From Tubiluchus corallicola (Eukaryota > Animalia > Priapulida): a DNA stretch of 64,000 nt. The stretch lies in the NCBI GenBank assembly GCA_030141605.1, contig JAQGDQ010000410.1, positions 142,965 through 206,964 of the forward strand, given 5' to 3'. The position numbers were made by a program, and so were the translations under genes. Position 1 is the first letter of the stretch. Each line of letters starts with the position of its first letter. Below the pieces are notes generated by a model. That model was given only the letters and a program-made list of their open reading frames with translations, searched no databases and was not told the DNA's origin. Shown here piece after piece: positions 61,901 to 64,000 of this stretch.

Positions 61901-62657
61901 AAAAATGTGGTACTAGTATATATAGTGCTTGCGAAGTTTTGTCAAGCATTTTAGATACAAGTAAATCTGGTACAAGGTAAAAATGGACTGGATGGTGCTA
62001 GGAAAATTTCACACAGAGAACGTTTAGTACATATAAGGAAAATTTGGTATTGGTACAACGAAAATATGTTTTCTATAACCTACTCGAAAAAGTTATAGAG
62101 GTTCTTTTTGTTGCATTTGCTTTTTTGTTTTTTGTGCGTTTGTTTGTTTGTCTATTGTTTTATTTTAGCCAATGTCATTGTTGTTGCTATTTGTCTGTTT
62201 CCTGTTCGCTCACTTGTCTCTCCCTTTCTCTCTCTTACATTTAATTTACATACATATAAACCTTAATTAATTATAATTTAATATCAATGTTATTATCAAT
62301 GATGGTACAAAATCACAATTTGGTTTTAAAATTCTGTTAGTTGCAGGTTTGAACCATCATATTAGTTTTGCGCTTAGCAGTTGTCCTGCCATAGTTCATT
62401 TAGCATATTTAACTTTGTAGATACTTTAGGCAAGGGCATTTTACTGTACTGTACTGTGTTCTGTTTGTATAGTGTCCTACTATGTTCTTTGTGTTTTGCA
62501 TTGGTATGAAAAAGCATAATCATTGTCTTAGTTGTCTATTTACTTTGTTTGCATGTGTTTCAGGGTTTATTAATATTTGAGGTGTGCTGGCCGCTTGCTG
62601 TTTTTCTTATCGTCTGGATTATTAGAAGACAAATACCTCCTGTTCCCAAGCCAAATT
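58990..62657 (+). CDS. ABCA-subfamily ABC transporter, first two coding exons (58990-59055, 62564-62657); partial, continues beyond the window
   Basis: MGAVSQFFLVLKKNLLLRSRQP (66 nt, ends CCC|GTAAGT) joins GLLIFEVCWPLAVFLIVWIIRRQIPPVPKPN(C) (94 nt, tttcag| ... T|GTAAGT). This matches the ABCA1/4/7/12/13 N-terminus (Q.L.LLWKN...R.RQ....E..WP...F.IL...R...PP....C) and the 66+94-nt exon layout known from ABCA4/ABCA1. Confidence 0.88.
59165..59236. repeat. 36-bp tandem duplication
   Basis: agatgtatgcgta(c/g)aaatgaattg...gggcctg occurs twice in the ABCA intron. Confidence 0.8.
61755..62065. repeat. degenerate tandem array of (A/T)TTTGGTA(C) motifs, probably an old DNA-transposon or minisatellite remnant
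   Basis: About 10 recurrences of ttggta/tggtac, often about 20 bp apart. Confidence 0.55.
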
Positions 62658-64000
62658 GTAAGTTATTTTTTTATTATTTGGATTTTACTTTTTTCAAAGT
62701 ACTTACAATGATAAGCCTAATGACGAAACACTATTAATGGACCTCTGACCTACCGCAACTAGTCCTGTTATACCTTTTTGCCTTTTTTGGTGATAAGGAG
62801 CTATACCTGACTACCTGTGAAATAAAGTCATAAGGCCCTATTTTATCTGTGTAACAAGGGTATACATTCTTGTGTTGTTGTCATGGTAACATTTCCTAGG
62901 GATCTAATAGAAACTGGCTGACATAAACAGTAGCAGTTGCCTTATCTACGTGCAGGAAGTTATAAATTGGTATTCACCGCATCGTCCTGGTCTACACTTC
63001 ATGATAATGATAATGTCACTTTAATAGCCGGTTCAACCATGTTTACCATATTTTTGTTAAGAAGTTTGACGTGCCTTATTTCGCAGCCACTTGTCCATTC
63101 TGTTATAGGCTTCAGCGCTCACTGCCTGAACATAGGATATAGTTTTTTTAACGGTATGGAAACATAGTTTATTAAAAATATAAAATCATATAACGGTTTT
63201 GCACTTTCAAAACTTCCTCAGTGTCTGTCGTGCATTAGTATTGTCTCACTCGTCTACCTAAAATTCAAACTTCTTTTTTTCTCGTCTCACTAGCGGATGT
63301 CTAGTCACAGCATCAGCGAGTCAGGGTCTTCGTCACAAATCGCAATAATCCTCACTAAGTTACTGACGACTAGAGGGAAAGCTTTCGTCCAAGTATAAGC
63401 TTTTTATCACGTTAAATTAGGTCTCTGTGTTTCACACCAGCTGTTCTCGGTCTCCACTAAAAGAGAAAATCTTAATTAATTTGTTACGCATATTTTCGTT
63501 TATATGCGTAAAAGCTACCTTCTTTATAAAGATAAACACTCATTTTCATGTGCGTATTGTAGACTTAATTTGACATGACGTGCACCGTTCTGCGCCCATC
63601 ACTGTTTAACAATGCGTAGCATTTCGCGAAGTCATAATATCATGTAACGAAAATATGCTTTTGTTGAAGAATAAATTAGAGTAATTAATGTTTCTTCCTG
63701 TTGAAGAATTGCTAGAGCTGCCTCTATGAGTAACACAAATGTCAGAAATCAGTAACACAAGTTTCTGATGCCACTGGATATTGATAAAATAGCCTTAAGG
63801 GAAAACCGGACGATTGTTTAGACTCACTCTCATTTTAATTTTCTGTCCAGAATATACATTGTCTTGCCTATAAAAGTTAGCAATTGTTTTTTATATTTTA
63901 ATAATTAGCTTATAAAGTTGATTAACGGCAACCGAACACAGCTATTGCTTACGTCAGAAACCAGCCACAGTTTGTGCAATGACAGGCATCTTCCCTTGAG

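Overview
AT-rich, microsatellite-rich eukaryotic (invertebrate animal-like) genomic DNA; there is no prokaryotic operon, CRISPR array, rRNA or bona fide tRNA. Protein-coding content reconstructed by hand from splice sites: an intronless-CDS Tob/BTG gene (+, 8254-9336); a 3-exon SRSF2/SC35 gene (-, 27133-23981) whose 3' region holds a candidate autoregulatory cassette exon; a single-coding-exon ethanolamine kinase (+, 32422-33510); two tandem paralogous 6-exon genes (-, 40769-34294 and 55395-42421) that encode an N-terminal PH-like region, a long low-complexity linker and a REM-less CDC25/RasGEF-like domain whose helical-hairpin region seems replaced by an insertion of roughly 250 aa; and the first two coding exons of an ABCA-subfamily transporter (+, 58990-62657, continuing past the window). 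Intergenic DNA holds three non-LTR retrotransposon remnants, a hAT-type MITE, a perfect 215-bp-arm palindrome, a degenerate foldback with a Penelope-type minimal hammerhead-like motif, a foldback with tRNA-like arms, and many simple repeats. The most promising leads are the atypical RasGEF-like gene pair and the SRSF2 3'UTR splicing module. No database search or folding computation was run, so all family calls come from motif recognition.
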